Below, piece by piece: positions 39,541-48,353 of a DNA stretch of 64,000 bases (within the stretch, counting starts at the first letter, position 1; each line of letters opens with the position of its first letter). The DNA lies in IMG/VR virus record IMGVR_UViG_3300013131_004609, positions 4,751 through 68,750 of that record. One strand, written 5' to 3'. Under the pieces are notes generated by a model, which was not told where the DNA came from, ran no database searches, and was given only the letters and a program-made list of their open reading frames with translations. A program made the position numbers and the translations under genes. The DNA is from a virus.

Positions 39541-40056
39541 ATGTATATGAAGAAAAAGCCATCATCCACCGCTTTGTCTGTTCAGAGATCACTAAAAAAA
39601 ACAGACGCTCTTGATGAGATTAGTAAGAAACTATCATCAAGCTCGGCTCTCAACGGTGGATTTGAGACTCTTCTCTTCAAGATCGACAAGATTGAGCAGA
39701 GTCAAGGGCAGCTGGTCTCTAAAGTCGATAAGATTCATGATGCAATCTACGATCCTTCTGATGGAATATTTTCTAAGCTAGGTGAATACAAATTAGAGAA
39801 TGCAAGTAAAGTAAATGAGATAGAACAGAGTATAAATGAGCTTAGTCTTTGGAAAGAAACTAAGAGTAAAGAAGAAGACAAAGCTGAGAAGATAGAAGAC
39901 AAGACAAAAGAAAAACTGTCAAACTTAGAAAAATCTGTCGACTCTCTTGTGAGGAACAAAAATAACATTTGGGACATCTTAAAGTGGCTTTTTGTTGCAA
40001 TTGGAGGAGGAATTATAACTTTGACAGTGAAATGGATAGAGTCGAAGATTCATTGA
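39541..40056 (+). CDS. Coiled-coil protein with C-terminal transmembrane helix (possible holin/XhlA-like)
   Basis: Long heptad helix ending ILKWLFVAIGGGIITLTVKW. Confidence 0.5.
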   Translation: MYMKKKPSSTALSVQRSLKKTDALDEISKKLSSSSALNGGFETLLFKIDKIEQSQGQLVSKVDKIHDAIYDPSDGIFSKLGEYKLENASKVNEIEQSINELSLWKETKSKEEDKAEKIEDKTKEKLSNLEKSVDSLVRNKNNIWDILKWLFVAIGGGIITLTVKWIESKIH

Positions 40057-40087
40057 ACATTTCTGTCTAGTATGTGTATAAGTTATT

Positions 40088-41215
40088 GTGGAAACGGAAG
40101 CTATAATAACAACACTCAAAAACTTCTTACATAAGAACGTAGACATTGAGTTTTCTTTAGAAAACATTTCTGGGCTTCTTCGTTCTAGAAGAAGACTACA
40201 GCATGTCATGCTCATGAAGCACCACGATATTGAAGTTCAAAAGTTTTTTGAGCTACTTTTAACTTACGCAATAAACGCTGAGAAAAGAACTCCTAGCGCA
40301 GGATTAACTTTTTTGAAGCTCTTCTTGACGAATAAAAAAGATGAACAAAAGACAATCCGGACCAGAAAAGAACTAGAAGTCCTTCTCCGGAGTCTAGGTC
40401 ACGAAAATTTCGTCTCTCATATGTTGCTAGAGAGCTTAGACCTAGTCGACTCCAATACAAGATTTTCTGTAAGAAAATCTTCCAATCAAAAGTCGTACAT
40501 CGAAAAAACTGATGGATACAAGTTTTCTGTAAAGAGTCTTCTAAAATCAAAAAATTTGTCTTTAAAAGTCTGCAGAGTTTTGTGTGTGGACGGCTACATA
40601 GAAAACGTTTCCGAGATACACCATTTACTCACTGAGCTGAGCGAAAAAAAAGTACCTTGTCTATTTTTTACTAGGGGCATGTCTGACGACGTTCTTCACA
40701 CAGTTAAAGTCAACAATGACAGAAAGACCGTGCATGTAGTTCCTTTTTCAGTGCCTTTCGATGCTGAGAATGTCAATACGATAGTAGACATTGCTGTTTC
40801 AACTGGTACGGATGTAGTATCTTCTCTCAAGGGAGAATTGATATCTTCTTGCAAGTACGAAAATCTGGGGCGTTGTGAAGAAGCAATTATCGATGGAGGA
40901 AACGTCGTAATCAAGAACGCTAAAATTTCTAACAGGGTCGATCTTCATATTTCTTCTCTAAAAGAACAATTAGAATCGAAGAAAGGTCTGGAAGAGATAC
41001 TCAGTAAACGTTTGCAGAGCCTATCTTCTTCTTGTGTCGACGTCTATATCCCTGACGACTTCTCTTACTTCCACAGAAGTAGTCAATTCGACGAAGGAAT
41101 AAGGATCATATCGTCTGTTCTCAACAACACTTTCTCCCCAGAAAAAGTTGCGAGAGATACTCTAGAATCTTTTGAAAAATTTGTAAGTAGCGTCGCTTTG
41201 TTTACTGTTTCTTGA
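40088..41215 (+). CDS. Degenerate GroEL-like chaperonin (apical and intermediate domains retained)
   Basis: Colinear with E. coli GroEL ~140-410: EKTDGYKF, VLCVDGYIENVSEIHHLL, DIAVSTGTDVVS..GE, LGRC, KRLQSL; no GDGTTT. Confidence 0.75.
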   Translation: METEAIITTLKNFLHKNVDIEFSLENISGLLRSRRRLQHVMLMKHHDIEVQKFFELLLTYAINAEKRTPSAGLTFLKLFLTNKKDEQKTIRTRKELEVLLRSLGHENFVSHMLLESLDLVDSNTRFSVRKSSNQKSYIEKTDGYKFSVKSLLKSKNLSLKVCRVLCVDGYIENVSEIHHLLTELSEKKVPCLFFTRGMSDDVLHTVKVNNDRKTVHVVPFSVPFDAENVNTIVDIAVSTGTDVVSSLKGELISSCKYENLGRCEEAIIDGGNVVIKNAKISNRVDLHISSLKEQLESKKGLEEILSKRLQSLSSSCVDVYIPDDFSYFHRSSQFDEGIRIISSVLNNTFSPEKVARDTLESFEKFVSSVALFTVS

Positions 41216-41235
41216 AACTTTCTAATGTAGATTAC

Positions 41236-41457
41236 ATGAATACGATAGACAAGATTTCACGGGATGCAAAATTACTTTTTGTCGACAGCATGAAGGATGC
41301 TGTCAGTTCTAACTTGGTCACAGCTGCTAAGAACGGAGACATTAGCTTAACAGAAGATCAGCTTCGACATTTAATCAATGTCTTTATTCTTTCTGTAGAT
41401 CAGACGTATCAAAAAACTCTTCCGAACTTTCAAAACACAATCAAGAAGTACTTCTAA
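41236..41457 (+). CDS. Hypothetical protein
   Basis: Short ORF, TAATG overlap with next gene. Confidence 0.55.
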   Translation: MNTIDKISRDAKLLFVDSMKDAVSSNLVTAAKNGDISLTEDQLRHLINVFILSVDQTYQKTLPNFQNTIKKYF

Positions 41458-41930
41458 TGAGAGGTCAGAGACATCTCATTAAGTGTAGGTGCGTCCTACC
41501 TCAATACAAAGTCTTTCCTAACCCACCAGTCCATCAGTTTTTGGTATTTTCTGTCATAGGAGATGACGAAAGTGTGAAGGTGAAGTTTGCTCAGTGCAAT
41601 AACTGCGGTATCATCCATAAGGTGACAGATATATGCACTTCTGAGATCCTTCCTGGCAAAGAAGCCATGGGTTCCATTGTCAAGATTGAAGACGTGAAGA
41701 CATCTCTTCCTCCCAACCTCTCTGACATCCTCGAGCGCAACAATTGTGATCTTCCAACGTGGGAACAAGCTCAATTCATCCTCGAGAACAAGCAGTGGGG
41801 AAATTTTGTCGTCCTCGCCGTCGAAGAAGAGGCTGGTATAAAGCAGGGAAAGTATGTTAGGATCATGAGTGAGACTTTCTTCAAGGTGGAACCTTTCACA
41901 AGAGAAGAAGTCGCAGTACCATCGGAGTAA
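41457..41930 (+). CDS. Putative zinc-binding protein
   Basis: CRC, CNNCG, DIC cysteine motifs. Confidence 0.6.
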   Translation: MRGQRHLIKCRCVLPQYKVFPNPPVHQFLVFSVIGDDESVKVKFAQCNNCGIIHKVTDICTSEILPGKEAMGSIVKIEDVKTSLPPNLSDILERNNCDLPTWEQAQFILENKQWGNFVVLAVEEEAGIKQGKYVRIMSETFFKVEPFTREEVAVPSE

Positions 41931-41932
41931 AC

Positions 41933-42181
41933 ATGTCAGAGATATACGGACAACTGGAGTCTGAGAAGCTGGCCGCCGACAACAAGGTGGCCCACGAGAT
42001 AGTTCGTGAGATCAACCACTTCGGAATCAGCGACCGGCAACGGTGGCTCATCATCTACTACCTCGGCCTAGAACTCGAGAACGTGGAAGAGATGAAGGAG
42101 CTCACAGGTTTCGTGAAGGAGTTCAAGGGGTCGGACCTCTTCATCTCCAAGATCTACGGTGCAAACGAAGGAGACGAGTGA
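41933..42181 (+). CDS. Hypothetical protein
   Basis: 82 aa, GGAG RBS, TGATG overlap with clpP. Confidence 0.6.
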   Translation: MSEIYGQLESEKLAADNKVAHEIVREINHFGISDRQRWLIIYYLGLELENVEEMKELTGFVKEFKGSDLFISKIYGANEGDE

Positions 42182-42780
42182 TGGGAAGACAAGTTACAAA
42201 CTCCGCGAGAGTGACCAGCAACAAGAGTAACAGCGATGAATCTTCCACAACCATGGGCATCGCGATGGGAGACTCTCAACGCCTCGTGGTCCTCCACGGT
42301 GAAGTTAACGAGGCGTCCATCTCCTTGGTGGTTGCTCAGTTACTCCACCTCGCATCGCAGAATCATAAGCCCATCCACCTCGTGATCTCTACGTATGGCG
42401 GATCGGTGGACGAGATGTTCACACTGTACGATACCATCAAGTTCCTCCCATGTCCAGTCCACACGATTGCCCTTGGAAAGGTGATGAGTGCAGGAGTACT
42501 CCTCCTCGCAACCGGTGCCAAGGGAAAGAGGATGATCGGTCGGAATGCTCGAGTGATGATTCATCCTATCTCCGGTGGAGTTGGAGGTAATGTGTTCGAG
42601 GTGATCAATGAGTCTAAGGAACACAAGCGCATGCAGGACCAGATGGTGAATGCTATCGTCCGCGAAACAAAGGGCTCCAAGACCGAGATCGAGAAGATCA
42701 TGAAGTCCGGACACGACTTCTACCTCCTGCCAGAACAGGCCGTTAAACTCGGGATCGTGGACAAAATCATCGGTGACTGA
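42181..42780 (+). CDS. clpP: ClpP-family serine protease
   Basis: ISTYGGSV, catalytic VMSAG, MIHP, HDFY...EQAVKLGIVD. Confidence 0.9.
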   Translation: MGRQVTNSARVTSNKSNSDESSTTMGIAMGDSQRLVVLHGEVNEASISLVVAQLLHLASQNHKPIHLVISTYGGSVDEMFTLYDTIKFLPCPVHTIALGKVMSAGVLLLATGAKGKRMIGRNARVMIHPISGGVGGNVFEVINESKEHKRMQDQMVNAIVRETKGSKTEIEKIMKSGHDFYLLPEQAVKLGIVDKIIGD

Positions 42781-42784
42781 CACC

Positions 42785-42813
42785 TGTGCAAACTGTACCT
42801 CACGTGGTATAAT
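42785..42813 (+). promoter_or_regulatory. Sigma70-like extended -10 promoter for DinG-like helicase
   Basis: TGGTATAAT at 42805-42813, 11 nt before ATG 42825. Confidence 0.5.
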
Positions 42814-42824
42814 GTCAGGCCAAC

Positions 42825-44474
42825 ATGCCTAAACATGACTACGTGAGGTATTTTCCATTTGACCGTATCCGTCCCGAACAACGAAAGGCGATTGAATTCG
42901 CTCTCGATGCTTATGAGTCCGGCAAGAAGGCAGTCCTCCTAGAAATGGGAACGGGGACGGGAAAGTCCGCCACAGGTATCTGCATCGCCCGTTACATGGA
43001 GGCCCACGCCCCTGTGATTAAGGATGAGGAGGGAATGCCTCTCACCGGTGCATACGTGATCACCACCCAGAAGGTTCTCCAGGAACAGTACATGGATGAC
43101 TTTGGGCCTCAATCCGGACGAAACCTCATCCGCACCATCAAGTCAGCATCCAACTACCGATGCAAGCACTACTCCGATAATTCTTGTTCTGAATCGAAGC
43201 GGTTGCTTCAGAAACTTGGCAAGCAGGTGGCCGGCACAGACTTCGCGAAGACTTGCAAGAATGAGTGCACGTACTCCCTGGAAAAACAGGACTTTATCGA
43301 GTGTCCAATCTCCATCACGAATTTCTCCTATTTTCTGGCGGAGACCACGTACGCAGGAAAGTTAACTCCTCGAGCCCTCCTGGTAGTTGATGAGTGCCAC
43401 AACACGGAAACAGAGCTGGGTAAGTTCATCGAGGTGAGTTTCTCTGAGAAGTTCGCTAGAGATGTTCTCAAGTGTAAGATACCGAAGCTGGACACACAGG
43501 AGGCAGTTCTCGAGTGGGTGAAGGGCCCGTACCGCAAGGCGGTGAACAAGTACGTTAGAGAGTTGGAGAAGAACCTCGTGAGGCTCTCAGATTCTGAAGG
43601 CCAAGGTGAGTTCTCGAAGCAGTACGAGATGCTCGAGAAGCACACAGGTAAGATTGATCAGTTCATCGAGGTGTACAACCCAACCAATTGGGTGATGAAT
43701 GTGGCCTATCCACAGGAGGGCAATCGCAGGGGAGCCCGTAAGTTCGAATTCAAACCTGTGGATCTGGGACCATACTCACAGAAGGTGTTCCTTCGATCTG
43801 GTGCTCGAACGCTGATGATGAGTGCCACCGTTGTGGACCACGAGGTGTTCTGCAAATCCATCGGCCTAGATCCTGCCGATGTTGCCTACCTCCGCATCGG
43901 ATCTCCCTTCCCCGTGGAGAACAGACCGGCACACTACATTCCCGTGGGTTCCATGGGCAGAGATGCCATCGACAAGACCCTTCCGGTGATGGCCGAGGCG
44001 GTCATGATGATACTCGATAAACATCCGAATGAGAAGGGCATCATCCATACTGCCAACTATAAAGTTGCCAAGTATCTAGTCGAGAACGTAAAGACCAACA
44101 GGTTCCTCACACACGAGTCTGGCAACAGGGACGAGGTGCTTAAATTCCATGTGACCTGCTCCGAACCTACGGTTCTCTTGTCTCCATCGATGATGGAGGG
44201 CGTTGACCTCGCCGATGATGCTTCACGTTTTCAGATACTCTGCAAGGTTCCCTTTCCGTACCTCGGAGACCTCGTGATCAAGAAGCGGATGGAGAAGGAC
44301 AAGATGTGGTATCCCTACACGACTGCGAAGTCAGTGATCCAGGCCTTCGGTCGATCCATCCGAAACGAGAAAGACCACGCAGTCTCCTACATTCTCGATG
44401 CCGATTGGGACAGGTTCTACTCTCGAAACCTCCACATGTTTCCACAGGAGTTCAGGTCATCCTTCGTCAAATAG
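42825..44474 (+). CDS. DinG/XPD-family Fe-S helicase
   Basis: Q motif RPEQ, GTGTGKS, Cys cluster, DECH, SAT, EGVD, KVPFP, QAFGRSIR. Confidence 0.9.
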   Translation: MPKHDYVRYFPFDRIRPEQRKAIEFALDAYESGKKAVLLEMGTGTGKSATGICIARYMEAHAPVIKDEEGMPLTGAYVITTQKVLQEQYMDDFGPQSGRNLIRTIKSASNYRCKHYSDNSCSESKRLLQKLGKQVAGTDFAKTCKNECTYSLEKQDFIECPISITNFSYFLAETTYAGKLTPRALLVVDECHNTETELGKFIEVSFSEKFARDVLKCKIPKLDTQEAVLEWVKGPYRKAVNKYVRELEKNLVRLSDSEGQGEFSKQYEMLEKHTGKIDQFIEVYNPTNWVMNVAYPQEGNRRGARKFEFKPVDLGPYSQKVFLRSGARTLMMSATVVDHEVFCKSIGLDPADVAYLRIGSPFPVENRPAHYIPVGSMGRDAIDKTLPVMAEAVMMILDKHPNEKGIIHTANYKVAKYLVENVKTNRFLTHESGNRDEVLKFHVTCSEPTVLLSPSMMEGVDLADDASRFQILCKVPFPYLGDLVIKKRMEKDKMWYPYTTAKSVIQAFGRSIRNEKDHAVSYILDADWDRFYSRNLHMFPQEFRSSFVK

Positions 44475-44529
44475 GTTTACTTTGTGGAGTGTGGCCATAT
44501 ATTCCTGAATCAGGAGGTCACATTAACAA

Positions 44530-44733
44530 ATGAGTGATAACCCAATTGCATCGAAGTGGAGTGAGTTGAAGTCCCTAGTTGAAGCTCTCGAGGCCGATGT
44601 TGCCAAGAACGCAAAGGGCGTAGCGGCTGCTGGTGTCCGGGCTCGTAAGGGCCTTCGACAACTTCAGACAAGCGCTAAGGAGCTTGTGAAGCTAACGCTC
44701 GATACTGATAAGACGAAGAAGGAAGATAAGTGA
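44530..44733 (+). CDS. Histone H1-like Hc1-family protein
   Basis: LK.LVE.LE.D..K..KG..AAG.RARKGL pattern; GGAGG RBS; own terminator. Confidence 0.7.
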   Translation: MSDNPIASKWSELKSLVEALEADVAKNAKGVAAAGVRARKGLRQLQTSAKELVKLTLDTDKTKKEDK

Positions 44734-44771
44734 AAAAAAGATGAAGCTCCTAACGGAGCTTCATCAGTTTT
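44733..44771. terminator. Intrinsic terminator, probably bidirectional
   Basis: GATGAAGCTCC-TAAC-GGAGCTTCATC perfect 11 bp stem flanked by an A run and a T run. Confidence 0.8.
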
Positions 44772-44780
44772 GAGGTCAAC

Positions 44781-45101
44781 ATGAACATGAGAGCAAGATC
44801 AGTAATACTCAGAGACCTTGCCGATAAAGGTCTTGATACTAGCGTAGCTTATACTGCTGGGAAGAATGGATCCTATGTGCAGAAAAAGAAGTCAGAAGTG
44901 AAGACGGCAAAAGCAGATGTTTCAAAAATAGAAACGACTAACTCTGAAAAAGAGGAATTGGTCGTATCGCAAGAAATTGAAGCTATAAATGTTGTCAAAG
45001 AAGAAACATCTTTAACTGAAAAGTCGATTAAGAAGAAGTCTCCTCCTCCAAAGAAGAAGAAGTCTGAAGAGCCGTCTCCTACTGCTCCTATTGACGAATA
45101 A
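44781..45101 (+). CDS. Lys/Glu-rich low-complexity protein
   Basis: 106 aa, GAGG RBS, C-terminal KKKSPPPKKKKSEE. Confidence 0.55.
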   Translation: MNMRARSVILRDLADKGLDTSVAYTAGKNGSYVQKKKSEVKTAKADVSKIETTNSEKEELVVSQEIEAINVVKEETSLTEKSIKKKSPPPKKKKSEEPSPTAPIDE

Positions 45102-45357
45102 AACTTCTAATCTTCTGATAGATGTTCTTTTCTATCTGACAGATCCTCATCCTCGTCAGGCCGTAGATCTTCCCTATCTCGTTTAGGGTTAAAGGTCCGG
45201 CCTGAGTTGTTATCATTAGACAATTTTTTCCTTGAGGGAAATCTACCCATTGCTTGCACGACTTTCTCTCACACTTGCTGTTGTGCTTGTCAACAGCCTC
45301 ATAGCAAGTCATTCCAACAACAGGTAACTTTATTTTTTTCTCGTGTGTGTTGCTCAT
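45088..45357 (-). CDS. Stand-alone sigma70 region 4 HTH protein with Cys-rich N-terminus
   Basis: TLNEIGKIYGLTRMRICQIEKNIYQKIR matches region 4.2 (TLEEVG..F.VTRERIRQIE.KAL.KLR); four N-terminal Cys. Confidence 0.8.
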   Translation of the reverse strand: MSNTHEKKIKLPVVGMTCYEAVDKHNSKCERKSCKQWVDFPQGKNCLMITTQAGPLTLNEIGKIYGLTRMRICQIEKNIYQKIRSFIRQ

Positions 45358-45417
45358 AGTTCTGTGTATGATATTTTAGCAAGGAACAGCTTTTGTATAA
45401 GTTGCACTTGAAACCAC

Positions 45418-46824
45418 ATGAAGAAAACATATGTCCTCGACACCAACGTCCTTCTGAGCGACCCCAACTGCCTCAATAACTTTCAGGACAACGACCTGAT
45501 CATTCCGATCCTCGTCCTGGAAGAACTTGACAAACACAAGGGGCGCTCCGATGAAGTGGGTCGCGCCGCTCGAGAAGTCAACAGGATCCTCGACAAGATC
45601 AGTGAATCTGGTTCCCTCAGGGACGGTGTGTCTCTTCCTCCCGGTGGTACTCTCAAGGTGATGTCATCTCCTACAGGGTACAGTGCACTTCTTCCACCTG
45701 AACTAGTCCTTGGCTCCTCAGTGGACAATATGATCATTGGTTTTGCACTGATGCTTCGTAAAGAGGTACCAAAGGCAATCCTTGTGTCTAAGGACATCAA
45801 CGTCCGTGTCAAGTGTTCCTCATTAGGACTCGAAGCGCAGGACTATCTGTCCAACAGGGCTACTGATTCTGCCGAACACCTCTACACAGGCGTGAAGGTT
45901 TTTACTGTTCCTTACGAGACTGTGGACATGTTCTACGCCTCTCGTGAATCGATCCACGTGGACAATGTTACTTCTGAAAAGCTATACCCAAACCAGATCG
46001 TGGTGATCAAGTGCGTGGACCCTGATGGCAACACCATCAAGTCTGCGATCGCTCGCGCAAAAGGCGACATGCTCCACCACCTCAGAAAAATCGATCAAGT
46101 CTTTGGTGTGAAACCACGGAATAAAGAACAGACATTTTCCATCGAACTCCTGATGGATCCCAGTGTCAAGCTGGTGACCCTCACAGGTAAGGCCGGCTGC
46201 GGAAAAACTTTAATCGCCATCGCGGCCGGCCTCGAGCAGCTCGAGGCAATGGGCAATGAAGGTCCATACCAGAAACTCATCGTGTCACGCCCAGTTCAAC
46301 CTGTCGGTCGCGACATCGGGTTCCTCCCAGGCACCCTCGCCGAGAAGATGGAGCCGTGGATCGCTCCCATCAGGGACAACCTCGAGTACCTCCTCAACAG
46401 CAAGTCTGGCAAGAAGGGACCAACGAGGGGCAGAAAGAAGGCCGATGAGACGATGGGTGGAAGTGGAACCTCAGGTCTCAGCAAGGATCCATTCCTCGAG
46501 TTGATGCAATCGAAGGGCCTCATCGAGGTGGAGGCGATCACCTTCATCAGAGGACGATCCATACCCAATGCCTTCATCATCATTGATGAGGCCCAGAACC
46601 TCTCGATGCACGAATTAAAAACCATAGTAACTCGTGCCGGTGAAGGCACGAAGATCATACTCACAGGAGATGTGGAACAGATTGACAACAACCATGTCGA
46701 CACGTTCACCAACGGACTCACACATGCAGTTGAGAGGTTCAAGGACTACGATATCTCGGGTCATGTGACTCTCTTGAAGGGAGAGCGCAGCGAATTGGCA
46801 ACATTAGCCTCTAAGATTCTGTAA
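45418..46824 (+). CDS. phoH: PIN domain-PhoH ATPase (PhoH2)
   Basis: YVLDTNVLL PIN, SKDINVR, GKAGCGKT, GFLPG, RGRS, DEAQN, GD..QID. Confidence 0.9.
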   Translation: MKKTYVLDTNVLLSDPNCLNNFQDNDLIIPILVLEELDKHKGRSDEVGRAAREVNRILDKISESGSLRDGVSLPPGGTLKVMSSPTGYSALLPPELVLGSSVDNMIIGFALMLRKEVPKAILVSKDINVRVKCSSLGLEAQDYLSNRATDSAEHLYTGVKVFTVPYETVDMFYASRESIHVDNVTSEKLYPNQIVVIKCVDPDGNTIKSAIARAKGDMLHHLRKIDQVFGVKPRNKEQTFSIELLMDPSVKLVTLTGKAGCGKTLIAIAAGLEQLEAMGNEGPYQKLIVSRPVQPVGRDIGFLPGTLAEKMEPWIAPIRDNLEYLLNSKSGKKGPTRGRKKADETMGGSGTSGLSKDPFLELMQSKGLIEVEAITFIRGRSIPNAFIIIDEAQNLSMHELKTIVTRAGEGTKIILTGDVEQIDNNHVDTFTNGLTHAVERFKDYDISGHVTLLKGERSELATLASKIL

Positions 46825-46868
46825 AATGGTACACAACTACATGTTGCACCATATTTCTACGTAGAACT

Positions 46869-48353
46869 ATGAGCGGAATCTTAGACAAGAAGTCGAGAAT
46901 ACTTGATGCTATTCTGACGGTTGACGGACGTCGTCAGATGGCTGAGGGAACTTTTGAAGTCTCTTATGTCACTTTTACTGACACCGGTGTCTCTTACGTA
47001 CCTGACTCGGTAAATGGTCATGAAGATCCCACAGACAAGCTGTATCTTGAAGCATGTGATCTGCCTCAGGATCAGATAACTTTTGAGGCGAATGATGCTG
47101 GGAAGTTGCTGTCTTTTAGAAAGCAAGACATAACTGTAAACTACGATTTTTTTCCTCCACCGAAAGACGGTGTGCCACCTTCAATCGTGACAGGGAAATT
47201 GGTCAACGGGCAGCTTGTAGTCTATCAGTATAGAAATGGCAGATCAGTCAAGACTTTTGATATAGACAGAGTTTCAACTGACAAAGATTGCGGATTCAAC
47301 TATTCTGACATCACAGGCCTGACAGGAAGCGTTCTAATAGACCCAAACCGAAGTAGCGGCGCCATTGACTTTACAAGCTCCGCTCCTTGGAAAGCCAAGA
47401 TAGGGACCCAAAGCGGCCTTACTTCTGAATCATTTGCAACTGCTATTTCAGGATCCATAGAAGGATTAAGGAGTAGAGGCGGTCCCTCTGTTAGCTGTTA
47501 TAGTGTGGGAAGCATTGCGTATCTTGATAATAATGACATTACACTACCCAACTTAGTCTTGGAGTTCACTGGATCAGCAGACGGTTCGTTTAGAAAAAGT
47601 CTAGGACTGAGACAAATGGCCGCCGGCGGAACATTGATGGTGGACGAAGTTGCAAATGCCAGTTTTGCTTCACAGATAACTGGTACATTGGCATCTTCTT
47701 TAGACAATTTTGTTAATTTGCAAACCATATCGACCATCAACAGGTTATTTGAAGACGACCAGTTCGAATTATCGAACAATGAGTTGAACTTTAGTCTTCA
47801 GAATTCTCTCACGGCCGACCTAGTAGCGGACAGTTACTCTCCTCCGACTGTCAATTCTATTCAATCACTCTTCAATGACAATAAAGTCAGTCATCTCGAC
47901 AATTTTCTCTACCTTCCGCCCATAGTAAAAGCTTCAAGTTCTGAGATACCTGATAAGTCAAAACTAGAAAACTTGAGTGGTTTTCTTCTCGGCGGTCCTG
48001 GTGCATACCCGTCTTGGGGTGACAACGAAAAGAAGCTGACATATGAAAAATTGAAGACAGAGTTGTCCGTTTACAAAGACGTAAAGCCACCGATCATTTT
48101 TACCAAGACTTCTAGGAACAACAGGATCATAGGACAGTTTTTTGAAGTTACTTCAGACCAAGTCAACAAGCTCGATGTGGTAGATTTTGGAGACGTGATG
48201 GATGACGCTCAAGAGCCTACTGCCGTCACCAAGAGAGTTTTCTTTGTGGGGAAAACTTACATAGATGACAGAGGAACTGTGTGTTTTGTCAACATGTTCA
48301 CACTAGTTTTTTCTAGAGTCAGTTCTAATCCCGAGGAGGAAGAATCGAGATGA
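46869..48353 (+). CDS. Putative baseplate/virion protein with tail-collar-like N-terminal motif
   Basis: ILD.K.RILDAILTVDGRRQMA.G.F.VSY.TFTD N-terminus, paralogous to 56815. Confidence 0.6.
   Translation: MSGILDKKSRILDAILTVDGRRQMAEGTFEVSYVTFTDTGVSYVPDSVNGHEDPTDKLYLEACDLPQDQITFEANDAGKLLSFRKQDITVNYDFFPPPKDGVPPSIVTGKLVNGQLVVYQYRNGRSVKTFDIDRVSTDKDCGFNYSDITGLTGSVLIDPNRSSGAIDFTSSAPWKAKIGTQSGLTSESFATAISGSIEGLRSRGGPSVSCYSVGSIAYLDNNDITLPNLVLEFTGSADGSFRKSLGLRQMAAGGTLMVDEVANASFASQITGTLASSLDNFVNLQTISTINRLFEDDQFELSNNELNFSLQNSLTADLVADSYSPPTVNSIQSLFNDNKVSHLDNFLYLPPIVKASSSEIPDKSKLENLSGFLLGGPGAYPSWGDNEKKLTYEKLKTELSVYKDVKPPIIFTKTSRNNRIIGQFFEVTSDQVNKLDVVDFGDVMDDAQEPTAVTKRVFFVGKTYIDDRGTVCFVNMFTLVFSRVSSNPEEEESR

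Noticed and set aside
42043-42180. N-terminal extension of ClpP in the ORF track
   Set aside because: Out-of-frame overlap with gene 41933-42181; ATG 42181 is translationally coupled
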